Source: Octopus sinensis (Eukaryota). Taken from it: a stretch of 64,000 nucleotides of DNA. Position 1 is the first letter of the stretch. Each line of letters opens with the position of its first letter. The stretch spans positions 46,326,464 through 46,390,463 of the forward strand of contig NC_043011.1 of NCBI RefSeq assembly GCF_006345805.1, read 5' to 3'. The translations under genes and the position numbers were made by a program. The notes under the pieces are model-generated. The model made no database searches, was not told the origin of the DNA, and worked only from the letters and a program-made list of their open reading frames with translations. This document shows positions 51,101-63,760 of this stretch, piece after piece.

Positions 51101-52526
51101 TGAATTCTCATTCACTGTTACTAAGATACCCTATACCATCTTTGTATTTTCAAACTGTTCTGCTAAAGTTAGTCCATTTTCAGACTTCCTATTATAGCTC
51201 AATATGCTTCAATGATACATTGTGTTCACTGATAAAAATCTATTGTATAGTGTTTCAGCCAAATAGGACCAGACAGCCTCCCAAATTGCCTTTAAGCATT
51301 ATTCATACCCCTAACAACAATATTTCTTTTCTCTTTCTCTACTCAAGTTACCATCTATTAACTGGATACTAAGTGCTGATGTAGTCATATAGAAATTATT
51401 TTTATTTTCATAGAGAGAAAAATCAATGTTTTCTGCCTTCAAGCAGCAATATCAGTCAATAGATAAATAAACTTGTCATAGACATTGCATGTCATAGTGG
51501 AATTTAAAATGATTCCTAAGAGTATATGCTCATATGTAAGTTGGTACTTTTGATCTCTTTTCAGATAGGTAACATTTGATGTCAAAACGAGCACATTCAT
51601 CAATTTCTGTAAAATCTAATGGTGCAATTACAAACAAGGGAGAGAACCATTCTATAACAATATCCCCTAAACCACCCAAGGTATATTTATTATCCAACAT
51701 TTTAGAATAATAATAATTACTATGATTGTGTAAATTTGGCTAAGTTACATCCTTACCGAATATTATAAAATGTTAACAAAATAATATTAAAAGCAGAAAG
51801 ACAAAGTATGAATGTGAATATCTAAAAATTACTAAGAAGAATAGAATAACTGACAAAACTCCATTTACATCATTTCATAAGGCAATTCATGAACTTGAAT
51901 ATATTTTCATAAATACATTTATTTTGTTCATTGAAAGGAACTGTAATTTTTTTACTGTACATTTCTTTTGATCGGCTGGACAATTATCTTCTGAAGATTT
52001 ATATTGAAATAGGCATTAAAGGTTAGATCACTACCCAAAGATTGATATGAACAAACAACTGTATATTTTCTTTGAGATATGAGAAACTCACACAGGTTGC
52101 CATAAAACCAAAAACTGGTCATCCTACATTCCTTATCCATCCCTTCCTACATCCACCCCTCAAAACCTACCCAATCTTTACAATTGTAGCCAATCTTTCT
52201 TCCTCTTGTCATTTCCCCACACTTTTGCAAAACCATACGCTTGGGTCCTTTGTCACTACTCACTTCTAATCATCTTATAACTTGAAGGGCCACTTGGACA
52301 TCTCATCCCCACTATTTATCACTTTGCAGCTCCTTCTGATCATTCTTACCCCCTCTTCTAAATTTCAGTATCCATGTAGGTACTATATAACAAAAACATG
52401 CTCTGCTTTTCCACCTCATTTCCCAGCATAAATTCAACCTTTTCTCATGTTTCATAACTATGCAATGTGCATGGTAACCTCACTAGTGCCTGTAACAAGA
52501 TAAAAAAAAACATGTACATACAGTAA

Positions 52527-52684
52527 AGTGGTTGTCATTGAGAAGGGCATCCAAATATAAAAGATGTACTAAAGCAGATGCTGAAGTACAATGCAGTCCT
52601 TAGACCGATGGATTCTTGACAAACTGTCCAAACCATGCCAGCATGGAATGTGGACAGTAAATGATGACGATGATGATAATGATG
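52527..52684 (+). mobile_element. Degenerate family C 3' end
   Basis: gaagggcatcca ... ccatgccagcatgg ... (gat)n. Confidence 0.7.
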
Positions 52685-52849
52685 TATATATATATATATA
52701 TATATACATACACAAACACACATCTTCAGAAATGCACAGTATGACATTATAACAGAACAAAAACTGCATATGGAATCATCAAACTGTGACCAGAAATTCC
52801 TGAACCATAGCTAGCAAGACAGGATGCAACTTTAGGAAAAATTTAAGCA

Positions 52850-53160
52850 ACAAGCCAAGAAACATCTATGAAGAATACCGGTTATTGATTCTAGATAAAG
52901 AGGATTATGAAATGACCAAAGTAAAATTAGATAAATTGGATGTCAGAAATAGAAAAATTACTGAACTGAGGCCAGGTGAATATAAAAACTTCAAAAAAAC
53001 CTTAACAATATATATATATATAAACAAAATAAACAACCTGCTAAAACATAATAAAAATGAGTTACCAAATAAAAAGATAACAACAAAAGATTTCAAAATA
53101 CACTGGAAAAAATCAATGAGAATAGCCAGAGACAATTCTGTAATAAAAGAGATATAAGAA
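52850..53160 (+). mobile_element. Penelope-like element RT N-terminal fragment
   Basis: ORF 52885-53157 has ILDKEDY...INNLLK...FKIHWK, resembling the PLE '(ADKG)..VILDK.DY ... PKIHK' motif. Confidence 0.5.
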
Positions 53161-53369
53161 AAAATGCAACATTGAAAATGTGCAAATGAAAGTGGTGGTC
53201 TTTACGAAATGAGTTTACTCCAGAGAATGAGGAAAAGAGAATGAATGCTAATAGGAAAACAGTACTTGCCAAAAGATTGCTGTGGCATGAAACTTGAATC
53301 ATGAGAAAAATTTGATACAGATGGCATGACTATTTGACATTAGTTGATTATTCTTCAATGGGAGAAGCA

Positions 53370-54060
53370 TTGGTTGGGTGGCTAAATTTTTGGCTTCCCA
53401 GCCATGTATATGTGGGTTTTGCCACAAGTTGACCCAAGCCTTGTGAGCAGAAACTAAAGGAAGCCTGCATATATATATGTGTGTGCACGTGTGTGTGTAT
53501 ATACACACACATACATACATACACACATACATACATACATACATACATACATACATGCACAAACACACACATCCTTTTAAACGTTGACTGTCCTTACTTC
53601 TCTTAGAAAGTTTTGTGAACTTAGTTATGTTATTTGAAGAATTTCATCTATTCTTTATTCTTATATTTTAAAAATTTATTTCAGCTGATGGGCTGATGCT
53701 CTTTTGTGACACTTCTTTGAAGTGTTTAGGTGATTTAATTGACTTCATATTTAATAAAGTTCAGTACTAATTCTACAAGTCTCTTTTTCTTGAATCAAGT
53801 TTAGAGGACGTAAACACACCAACACCAGTTGTGAAGCAGTGGGAGACAAATACTTGTATGTACATATGTATACACACTCACTCATACACACACACATATA
53901 AACTCTGGTAAGGTTCTGACCAACCAAATTCACTCTCAAGGCATTGGTCAGTCTGAGGCTATTGAAGAAGATAATTATCTAAGGAGCAGCAGAGTAGGAT
54001 TGAGTTTGAAACCATGTGGATGTGAAGCAAATGTCTTAACGACACAATTATGTCTGCACT
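53370..54060. mobile_element. Two degenerate family A copies (+ 53370-53575; - 53750-54060)
   Basis: aagccttgtgag..aaactaaaggaagcc; gacgtaaacacaccaacacc. Confidence 0.6.
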
Positions 54061-54420
54061 TATAATAGAGAATTAAAAAAAATTATTTACTGTTTCTTTT
54101 CACAGCTTTTGTGATATCTTATCAAGATGTCTGGAAGTTGAATAATTTAGGTATCGTGTTATCTTCTAAGTTTTAGATTCACCTTGATTATCTTTTAACA
54201 GATGTCAACTGACAAAGCAATTCAACAACGATTACAAGTGAACAAGTGATCACCTCATAATGATATATTTGTTATGAATTTAAGAATTTCCTTAGTTAAA
54301 ATCAGACACACAATGTATATAAAATATAGTTAATATGAAAGTAAACTTCAAAAACTACATAAAAAGAATGATTTTTTGCCATTAAAGGGACAACATTTTG
54401 TAAATGAAAGAAAATCTGAC

Positions 54421-54511
54421 TGTTTATGAGCAGCTTTCCTGTTAGCTCCCGGACTTCTGTCACTGAGGAGTTCAAAACAGGGTGAAACACATGATCTGAC
54501 AGTTCCTGCAG
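54421..54511 (-). CDS. Candidate 91-nt exon LQELSDHVFHPVLNSSVTEVRELTGKLLIN
   Basis: Lies in a stop-free frame of about 85 codons with HEAT/ARM-like wording; splice sites weak (ctgctacag / gtcaga). Confidence 0.3.
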
Positions 54512-54654
54512 CTGTAGCAGACGATTCTTATATGTCAGTGATATAAATATGAGTGCTTATATGCACCATGAGTCCCTAAAAGAGGTTCTTTCCTGTTAGC
54601 ATGTTTTCTAAAACCTCTTATATATCATTAATATTAGATTTAAATTTGTGTGGA

Positions 54655-54854
54655 GAAAAAGCACCAACTGATCGTGGCACGTAAAAAGCACCCACGACAC
54701 TCATGGAGTGATTGGCTTTAGGAAGGGCATCCAGCTGTAGAAACACTGCCAGATCAGACTGGAACCTGGTGCAGCCTCCTGGTTTCCCAGACTGCAGTCA
54801 AACCGGCCAACCTGTGCTAGCACGGAAAACGGACGTTAAACGATGATGATGATG
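54655..54854 (+). mobile_element. Family C retroposon, short
   Basis: One unit plus core and (GAT)n tail. Confidence 0.9.
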
Positions 54855-55427
54855 AACTTGTTTTTAAATCATGTTCTTAACTTGGAAAACAATCCTTCTG
54901 CATCTTCCAACCTACCTCCTCCATTAAAATTTCAGAATATTCACACATAAATGATCTGAGCAATTGGATGCAAAGTACCGATGAATAAACAAAACACACT
55001 GGAAGCATTTGAACTAAGAAATTTACACCATATTTAGAAACACTCCTATCTTCCAAATTACTAACTTTGGCAATACAAATAAACATATTTAATAACGTAA
55101 TGAAATTAAAACCTGACAATGTAACAGAAATAACTTTTTGCTATGATAACCAGAAAACCTTAAACACACTTAATTCTACACACTAAAAATATAATTGATT
55201 TTAAAATAAATCAAGAAATTAAATAGCAAATGTATGACAATCCTACATTTTCAATCTAAATTTTAAAACCAAAGAGCAAGCTTTTATGATTACATTACAC
55301 TCTGTACTGTTTTTAAAACTAACACCACATATTTAAAGTGTTAAATTGCATGTTGAAATGCATGCTCACAATAAAAACAGTGTAGCCTCACAGTATACTA
55401 ATCAAACAATTTCATCAATCAACTTGA

Positions 55428-55866
55428 CACCATTCAAGTGTGATCATTACCAGCGTCATCTTACTGGCACTGAAGCCCCGTTCTAGTAGGGTGTTAAGAG
55501 CACCATCTGAGCATGATTGTTGCCAGAGCGGCTATTTGGCCTCCGTGCTGGTGGCACATAAAAGGTACCATTCAAGTGTGATCGTTACCAGCATCACCTT
55601 ACTGGCACCTGTGCCGGTGGCATGTGTAAAAGATTCGAGCGAGGTCATTGCCAGTACCGCCTGACTGGCCCCGTGCCATTGGCATGTAAAAAGTACCCAC
55701 TACACTCTCGGAGTGGTTGGCATTAGGAAGGGCATCCAGCTGTAGAAACTCTGCAGGTTTAAGATTGAAGCCTGGTGCAGCCATCTGGTTCTGGTTCGCC
55801 AGCCCTCAGTCAAATTGTCCAACCTATGCTAGCATGGAAAGCGGATGTTAAATGATGATGATAATG
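55428..55866 (+). mobile_element. Family C retroposon, variant with divergent units
   Basis: Conserved ggtggcac..aaa..acc anchors with different intervening sequences. Confidence 0.85.
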
Positions 55867-55884
55867 AACTAGTTCTGAGTCATA

Positions 55885-56101
55885 TGAGGTGGTGCTGAAA
55901 AGTTCCTGGCTTTTGGTAAAAGAAAATACAGGAGGATCAGTTAATTACGATTCTATTCAATATATTCCTCTCTCAGATTCATGCACTTATTGCAGTGGTC
56001 CTTCAGATTTTCTAAGCTCTATAAAAGAAATTGAAAGGTTGGGCCTCCAACAAGACCTTTCACAATACCAGTAAAGCAAAGAACTTTTCAGCAACCCCTC
56101 A
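55885..56101. mobile_element. Mariner-type MITE, copy 2
   Basis: TIR tgaggtggtgctgaaaagttcctggcttt / gaacttttcagcaacccctca, TA TSD. Confidence 0.85.
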
Positions 56102-56298
56102 TAGAATCAGAATCACTCAACAATATTCAATAAGAAAACATTTCTGAAACCAATTAGCAACATCAAAATGTCAAGCATTCTACTATAACATCATCAAACT
56201 ACAGAGATTAGACTCATAAAACATTACAATATGTCTTCCATCACTAATATGATGTAGCTGCCTGATTTTCAAGAAGAAGAAAAGATGTAAAATCTTAC

Positions 56299-56315
56299 AA
56301 TATCCAGCTTCATAT
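56299..56315 (-). CDS. Candidate 17-nt microexon ((D)MKLDI)
   Basis: gactttttttag|ATATGAAGCTGGATATT|gtaaga. Confidence 0.2.
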
Positions 56316-56467
56316 CTAAAAAAAGTCTACATTAAAAAAGAAAATCACTTTACTAAAAAGCATTTAATGACTTCAAATCCCACAACTGGATAAGATCTCT
56401 GTTCTTTTCCTGACATAGACATCTCAAAAACAGATGATTGATGATTGTAAACCAACTCCTCTCTTAC

Positions 56468-56516
56468 CACTATCAATCTTTTTCCTTCTTTGGAAGTGAA
56501 TGGTAATTGTTTGTGT
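56468..56516 (-). CDS. Candidate 49-nt exon (TQTITIHFQRRKKIDS or HKQLPFTSKEGKRLIV)
   Basis: tttttctgtgattctaactag|ACAC...GATAGTG|gtaaga; strong sites, two open frames. Confidence 0.35.
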
Positions 56517-57723
56517 CTAGTTAGAATCACAGAAAAACGGCTCTGTGTTACATATGTTCTTTCTTATACTTGGTATTGCTGGTGAATGTAAAAGTGTTCT
56601 TAGAGCTAATAAAGATTTTGCTGCTGTCTGGTGGGAGAATGTTTTTGGAAAAAGTTGTAGGATTATGGCCTCACATCCCCCTGATCAACTATAATGAAAT
56701 TATAACACACCAGAATATGTACTAATGGAACTCTCCTCCATTCCTCACAGAATCTGCACACATGTAATCCAGAATTTGGTTATGTCTTCCACATTCCTCC
56801 TTCACTCTATTAACAATTTATTTGCTGTCAGTTCAGGCTAAAACATTCCTATGCTGAAAACACCTGTACTCATTCCTCAGTCACATTGGTCAAATTCAAT
56901 CTCCTAAGCATGGATATCCGTTTCCTTTTTCTTTTGGTGTATGATCAGCATTTCTGCCTCACCCACTAACATCCATCTCCACTCTCTTCAACTCAGAAAC
57001 CACATATATATACTTACTTCCTTCATCCATTATTACTGTGAACCTTGATAACAAATGGACTTTTATTTATTATTTCTCTTCTTCATCTCAATGCCGAGAA
57101 TGTAATATTTTTTCCCTCTTCCTAACATGAAAATATATTGATGTTACATTACATTCAATTTAATTAATTTTCTTTCCCATTGGATTACTTGTTTTCAATG
57201 TAAATGCACAATAGATCCTTGTATTTTATAATTTACCATTTTCCATGTTCTGTAATGCAGAGGTCTTTACAAAAAATCTAAGGTTAGATAAATAGCTTAT
57301 AAAGTCCATGTAGAATACAGTTTTCCAATGTACAGAAGCCTAGTCAGCAAGGTAAAAGTGAATGTTAGCTATGAGTTTAATGACAAATTTAGCATCTAGG
57401 TTTAATTGGAGTCTATCCTCGACCCATTCATGTTTATTTTAGACCTACAAGCCATAATAGAAGAGGTTATGAACAGCTATCAGTAGGAATAAGTACATGG
57501 TGATGAACTGGGTCTTATAGCTGAGTCCTTAGAAGATTTAGAAAGCATATTCTAAACCTGAAAGCAAAACCTAGAAACAAAAGGCTTTAAATTAAAATGA
57601 GCAAAGAATTAAGTTTTAGTAAGTCAGAAAAAAAGACCATGTTAACATTAAGGAAATGTCCATGCTTAATACGTAGGAAAGAAGTAGGCAAAGATTCTGT
57701 ATAGTGTGCTCTGTGTAAACTAT

Positions 57724-58133
57724 AGGCATAGGAGTGGTTGTGTGGTAAGTAACTTGCTTATGAACCACATGGTTCCGGGTTCAGTCCCACTGCGTGGCAC
57801 CTTGGGCAAGTGTCTTCTACTATAGCCTCGGGCCGACCAAAGCCTTGTGAGTGTATTTGGTAGATGGAAACTGAAAGAAGCCCGTCATATATATGTATAT
57901 ATATAACTGTATGTGTGTGTTTATGTGTTTGTGTTTGTCCCCCCCAACATTGCTTGACAACCGATGCTGGTGTGTTTACGTCCCTGTAACTTAGTGATTC
58001 GGCAAAAGAGACTGATAGAATAAAATACTAGGCTTACAAAGAATAAGTCCTGGGGTCGATTTGCTCAACTAAAGGCGATGCTCCAGCATGGCCAAAGTCA
58101 AATGACTGAAACAAGTAAAAGAGTAAAAGAGAG
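57724..58133 (+). mobile_element. Family A SINE nested in the RTE
   Basis: Full copy; possible TATAG TSD (57721-57725, 58134-58138). Confidence 0.9.
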
Positions 58134-58645
58134 TATAGACACACAAATAGTATAGAGGAATCACAGGAAGACTAATAAATAAGGTAGAATTTGTATGTAG
58201 CAAATATGCAGCAGTAGTTCATAGAAAGGTTACACATGAAGGACAAGGCTCATAAGAAGAAGTAAATTGTTTGTGTCACCTCGGTAACCTTATTAGTTGT
58301 GGTGGTGTATGTACAAAAAGCACAGAAGTGAAAGTAAGAACTGGGGTTGGAGAAAGTTCAAAGGGTTATTACTTCTGCTGGTAACAAAGAGATTCTCACC
58401 CAGAGTGAAGGATAGATTGTCTAATGCTTGTGTACAGAGAGTGATACTGCATGGTAGTGAGACACGAACCTGAAGGACTGGCTGAATGATGCAGTCTCAT
58501 GTGGAACCTGTCTTATACGAAGTTAAGAATTAATATGCATGAATGACAGCATGCAAATGGGTTGAGAGGAAAACTGGATACAAGAGGAATCAGGTGTAAT
58601 GTGCAAGAGAAATGATTGCACTGATACATGTACAATATACATAGA

Positions 58646-59072
58646 CTCTTTTACTCTTTTACTTGTTTCAGTCATGTGACTGTGGCCATGCTGGAGCACC
58701 ACCTTTTAGTCGAGCAAATCAACCCCAGGACTTAATCTTTGTAAGCCTAGTACTTATTCTATCGGTCTCTTTTGTCGAACTGCTAAGTTATGGGGATGTA
58801 AACGCACCAACATCGGTTATCAAGCGATGTTGGGGGGACAAACAAAGACACACAAACATATACACAGACACAAACACACACACACACACACACATACATA
58901 TATATACACATATATACGACGGGGTTCTTTCAGTTTCAAATCCACTCACAAGGCTTTGGTCGGCCCGAGGCTATAGTAGAAGTCACTTACCCAAGGTGCC
59001 ACATAGTAGGACTAAACCCAGAACCATGTGGTTGGTAAGCAAGCTACTTACCACACAACCACTCCTACGCCT
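58646..59072 (-). mobile_element. Family A SINE nested in the RTE, inverted relative to the 57724 copy
   Basis: Full reverse-complement copy. Confidence 0.9.
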
Positions 59073-60649
59073 ATATATATATATATATATATATATATGG
59101 AGGATGAGAGCTGTGTAAAGAAGTGCTTAGCCCTTAAGGAAAAAAACCGATTTGAACAACAGTTGTAGAACACATGCCAGCATGGTATGTAAGTATGTAT
59201 GTATGCATTTATGTATGTGTGCATGTTTGTGTGTGTGTGTGTGTGACAGAGTTACTTTGATGAAATGGATAATAATGATCATCATAGTTGTCATAATTAT
59301 TATATTAATGATGACAGCAGAAAAATACATTTGAAGAGTAAGTGTAGCTAGATTACAATTTACTTGCATAAGCAGAGTATTAATGCAAAGCTAATCCCTT
59401 TCTGAATTATATGCATATCTCCACTTTCTGGAGTTCTGTAGCAAATGAGATAAATTTTTATCACAGGTACCTTTCCCCATCACATAACTAAACTCGGTAT
59501 TGTAAAGCAATGAAATATTTCTTAAGTACAATGTGGACACAACCATAAAAAGCTGAGTCTCTTTGTCTACAGACACACTGCAGTAACAGGATATGTACTG
59601 GTCACTCCTTGTTATGTTATTTAGTACATTATTGACTTAGCCAAGAACTGCACTTTCTATTAAATATTAAGAAATGGTAATATTTTAAACTTAGGTTTAG
59701 ATCCAGTGAAAAGAATGATTTATTTTTTTAGTTTCTTTTTGAAGTCTGGGATCAATCAATAAGTCCTCATAAATATTGATAGTGCATTCAATAATTTGTG
59801 GTGGAAACTGTTCTTCTCTGGTACTGGGTAAAGATGAAAAAAGTTTATGATTGTAAGATGGTATTAAGGAAGATAGAAGTGAAGTATTGACAGGGTAAAA
59901 TCCAGAAACTGAGGCAACAGGGGATGGTGTGCATCAGCAGCTATTTGTTCATAGGAGAATTCATAAAGTGTTGTGTGGACGCCCCACCCAGAGGATGAAG
60001 TGGGCTAGCCCAATACGTAGATATAGTGAGAAAAGTCTAGACGTTGAGTAGACTAGAACAAAGTAGCAGTTGTAGTAGACTAGAAGTAGGAGTCGAGTAG
60101 TGAGTCGAGGTCATCTGAATGTGCAACATAACATAGAGTTTGTCAAGTTCAAAACTTATGAAAAAATATACTAATTTGTGCTCTTTGTTTGATAGGAGTC
60201 AGAAGTCTGGCATAAGTGGTGAAGGTAGAAAGAACTCTTATCTCAAGGATCTTCAAGTAAAGGGAAAAAAAAAAGGACAAAACAGTAAGCAGATAGAGCA
60301 GGAGACAAAGGGGAAATCTCATTGTGCCTAGAAAGCTATTTAAGTAAAATGAATTTAATGAAATTTCTTAAAGTATTGAGAAAGAGACATAAAGAAAATA
60401 GCTGAAGAGAAGTGGAGTCAGAGCTCAGAAGAAGTTCCAAAATATTCATAATTTAGAATGGCTGAATTTTACGTGTTTGCTTAACACTACTAGTCTGAGG
60501 CAAACATGCAAAATGCCTTCATTCACAGGCAGACATACCTATATGCAGCTGCACATGCAAAAACAAGGACATGGATGTATACTCGCTCATACATACCCAC
60601 GTACACACCTGTATGCCCATTAGAATAGGGAGATAAAAAATTCTTAACT

Positions 60650-60877
60650 TATTTCTTTGCTACCCACAGGGGGCTAAACACAGAGAGGACAAACAAGGAC
60701 AGACAAACAGATTTAGCCGATTATATCGACCCCAGTGCATAACTGGCACTTATTTAATCGACCCTGAAAGGATGAAAGGTAAAATCAACCTCGGCAGTAT
60801 TTGAACTCAGAACGAAGCAGCAGATGAAATATGGCTAAGCATTTTGCCCAGCATGCTAACGTTTCTGCCAGCTTGCC
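60650..60877 (-). mobile_element. Family B SINE (tail B1) with 13-bp TSD
   Basis: aaaattcttaact at 60637-60649 and 60878-60890. Confidence 0.95.
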
Positions 60878-62149
60878 AAAATTCTTAACTGAAAGAAGAG
60901 AATGATTGAGGACACTAGAGATAAGTCTGTGAAGGAGAAGAATCATAGGAAATTGAGGAATATTAATATACACTGTGGAGAAGAGTTTCAAACTGAAGAT
61001 AAAATGCTCTTCCTTATATTTCTTAAGAGTCATCAGAGCCATAACATTGGAATAAATTTATAGTTGTTTTGCTTAGTTATAACCGTTTAGCTATAATTTT
61101 AGTTATAACTGATTTTAGTATCCAGTTTAAATTGAATAAAATATTCCAGTTATCAAAGCTTACATGGCTATAATTCTTTTAAAAATACATTCTTTAATCC
61201 TAAATATATTTGTTGCAATTTTCTGTATTCATTAGAAGAATTTTATCTCTCTTAAATATATTCACGTTATTTTTTTCTCATTTGTTTCAGTTTACAAATC
61301 GTCTGTTTTTTTAGATATCAAGGGGAAATATTTCTTCTTTAGCCCATTTTTGTAAAAAAAAATCTTCAGAAGTAAACATTCATAAAATATTATCTATTAT
61401 GAGTCAAGAAATATCCTTGTGACAAATCTTAATGGAAGATTTTGAAGCTATTAATAGAAATTTTTAAAGGAAAAGATTTATATTGCTAAAATGAAAATCA
61501 AAGATATTAAGACTATTTATTTTGAAAAGATAAATATTTTCAAGATTCATATTTCACTTTTTTTTTATCTTTCATAAATTTTCTTATATATTTGATTTCC
61601 TATCAATTTAAACAAAAAATATAGGCCTTCATCTTTAATGTAAACACAATATAATGATGATGAATTAAGCTATTTTCATTCCTAATGTAATTGAATATTT
61701 TAATCCTTATAAGACTTATGTCTATAGTCTTCAATTATCCTTCACATTTACATTATTTGCATTTTATTATTGGAAAAAGGATACATATATGAAAGTACAA
61801 GTACACTTGCACATAAACACATAAAGCTGCATATCCAAAGGTAATTACTTATGGAAACTAGTTAAAACTGACAGTACAAGAAATTAAAAATTATCTGTTC
61901 TGGTTAGCAAGGTTTTTATCTCAAAAATGGATAAATTAAACAAAAAATCAAATGGAAATAAGTAACTGAAATGACATGAGTTTAGTTAACCTCAGTTTCT
62001 CAGATAATATGTAGAAGCATAGATTTCTGTAAGTATTGTATGCATTATTTATACAAAATTGGTTGAGGGATCTTTGGACATAATCTAAGAAGCAAAACTC
62101 TAAAAGCAAATCGGCCATGATATGGATATTGTGGCTCACTGGTTATTTA

Positions 62150-62380
62150 GTAGATAGCCAAAGTGTTATAGATAGGTTTAGTACAACAGATGGCTTTGGT
62201 GAAAACATAGAAACTAAAGTAAGAACAGGGAGAAAGAAGTTTAGAGAACTGTTATGTTTATTAATGATAAATATTTTCTTTGTGGAAAGAGTTAGTTGTG
62301 TGTAAGACGTAAAATGAATGATAATGTTCAATAGTAACATATGGTAGATGTGAGCCAAAGATTTGTATCAGTAGTTGAAG
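62150..62380 (+). mobile_element. Decayed RTE LINE RT C-terminal fragment
   Basis: ETKVRTGRKKFRELLCLL resembles the RTE 'ARIRIGWAKFRELLPLL' motif. Confidence 0.6.
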
Positions 62381-63494
62381 AATAAGCTGAGTAATACAGT
62401 TCTATATTTAAGAGATGAGGAATTATGTACATTATTTACATTCTTTGCATTATTTACATTCATAACATAATATACATACAAATGCAAAACAGTACTAGCT
62501 GTAATATTTTGTCTCAGAGAAACACCCCTAACTGTTTAAAAATATACTTGTATAAAAACATACAGAGCTCATACACAATAACAGTAGTAGATCATCATAT
62601 ATAATGTTTCAATATAATTTGGTCTCTTCAGTGATAAACACTCACAGACATTCTGAGTTATGCCAAAATATTCATTCTCACATAGAAATTGGTAAAGAAA
62701 GCTTTCACTGATTTTTATAAATGCTTGGGCAGGATAAAATTAAATCAATATGTTTTTATATACATTATATTCAACCCATGCTAGCATGAAAGGAAGACGT
62801 TAAATGATGAGGATGGTGATGATGATGGTATACACATTGTTATTTTAACCCATTCACTGTGAAATTCAATTTCATGGTTATTCTAGTAATGATATTAAAT
62901 ATTTACCAAAAAAAATAATAAATAAATAGAAATTGGTATTTTTGCTAACTTATGTTATCTCAATAAGTTCGACATATCTGAACAAAAAATGGTTTTGAAC
63001 ATTTCTCAACAAAAGAGAAATTGGTAAATAAAACTGCTTTTCACAGTTAATGGTAATGAAATTTTGAGTGAATATATCTGCTTTCAGCAAAAAAAAAAAG
63101 CGGGGATTAATCTAATGCTGTTTCAAGTGTGAATATTGATGTTGTAGATGCATTTGAAACAGAAATGAGAAAGTTAAATTTTGGCGCATGCCATGTAACA
63201 TTACATTTTAGGAGATGTTCCGTTTATGACCCAGTAAAGTTAGACCACAAATACTTTGCATACACCATTTATGAGAAATTATGTGTATTTTCAGCGAATA
63301 GAAGTATTTTGAATTGATGCTACTAGTCGTAGAATTAAACCAAATAAGACTAAGCAAAGAAATTAAAAGGTAGAGTGTTTACTCTTAAAGATGAGGTGAT
63401 GTAAGATACAGATGTGTATGCAAAATTATCTTCCCAATAAAAATTTCAATAAATAGCAAAAGTAAAGAAAATGGGAATAACAGTAATACTTTCT

Positions 63495-63701
63495 AATATA
63501 GGCACAAGGTCTGGATCTTTGTGGGGAAGGGGACAATCGATCACAGCGACCCCAGTACCTCGACTGGTTCTTAATTTATCGACCCCAAATGGATGAAAGG
63601 CAAAGTCGACCTTGGTGGAATTTGAACTCAGAATGTTGTGACAAACGAAATACGGCTAAGCATTTTGTCCAGTGTACTAACAATTCTGCAAACTGTCTAC
63701 C

Positions 63702-63702
<1 letters not shown>
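63495..63702 (-). mobile_element. Family B SINE abutting (AAT)n 63703-63810
   Basis: ggatgaaaggcaaagtcgacc core; gaatttgaactcagaa. Confidence 0.85.

Positions 63703-63760
<58 letters not shown>

Larger units (their letters stand above)
57330..59185 (+). mobile_element. Decayed RTE-clade LINE (RT domain to 3' region) split by two family A SINEs
   Basis: Fragments translate to ILDLQAIIEE..DELGLIAESLEDLE..KQNLETKG, LGNLISCGGVC, VTKRFSPRVKDRLSNACVQRVILHGSET, LRGKLDTRGIRCNVQE, MEDESCVKKC. Confidence 0.85.
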
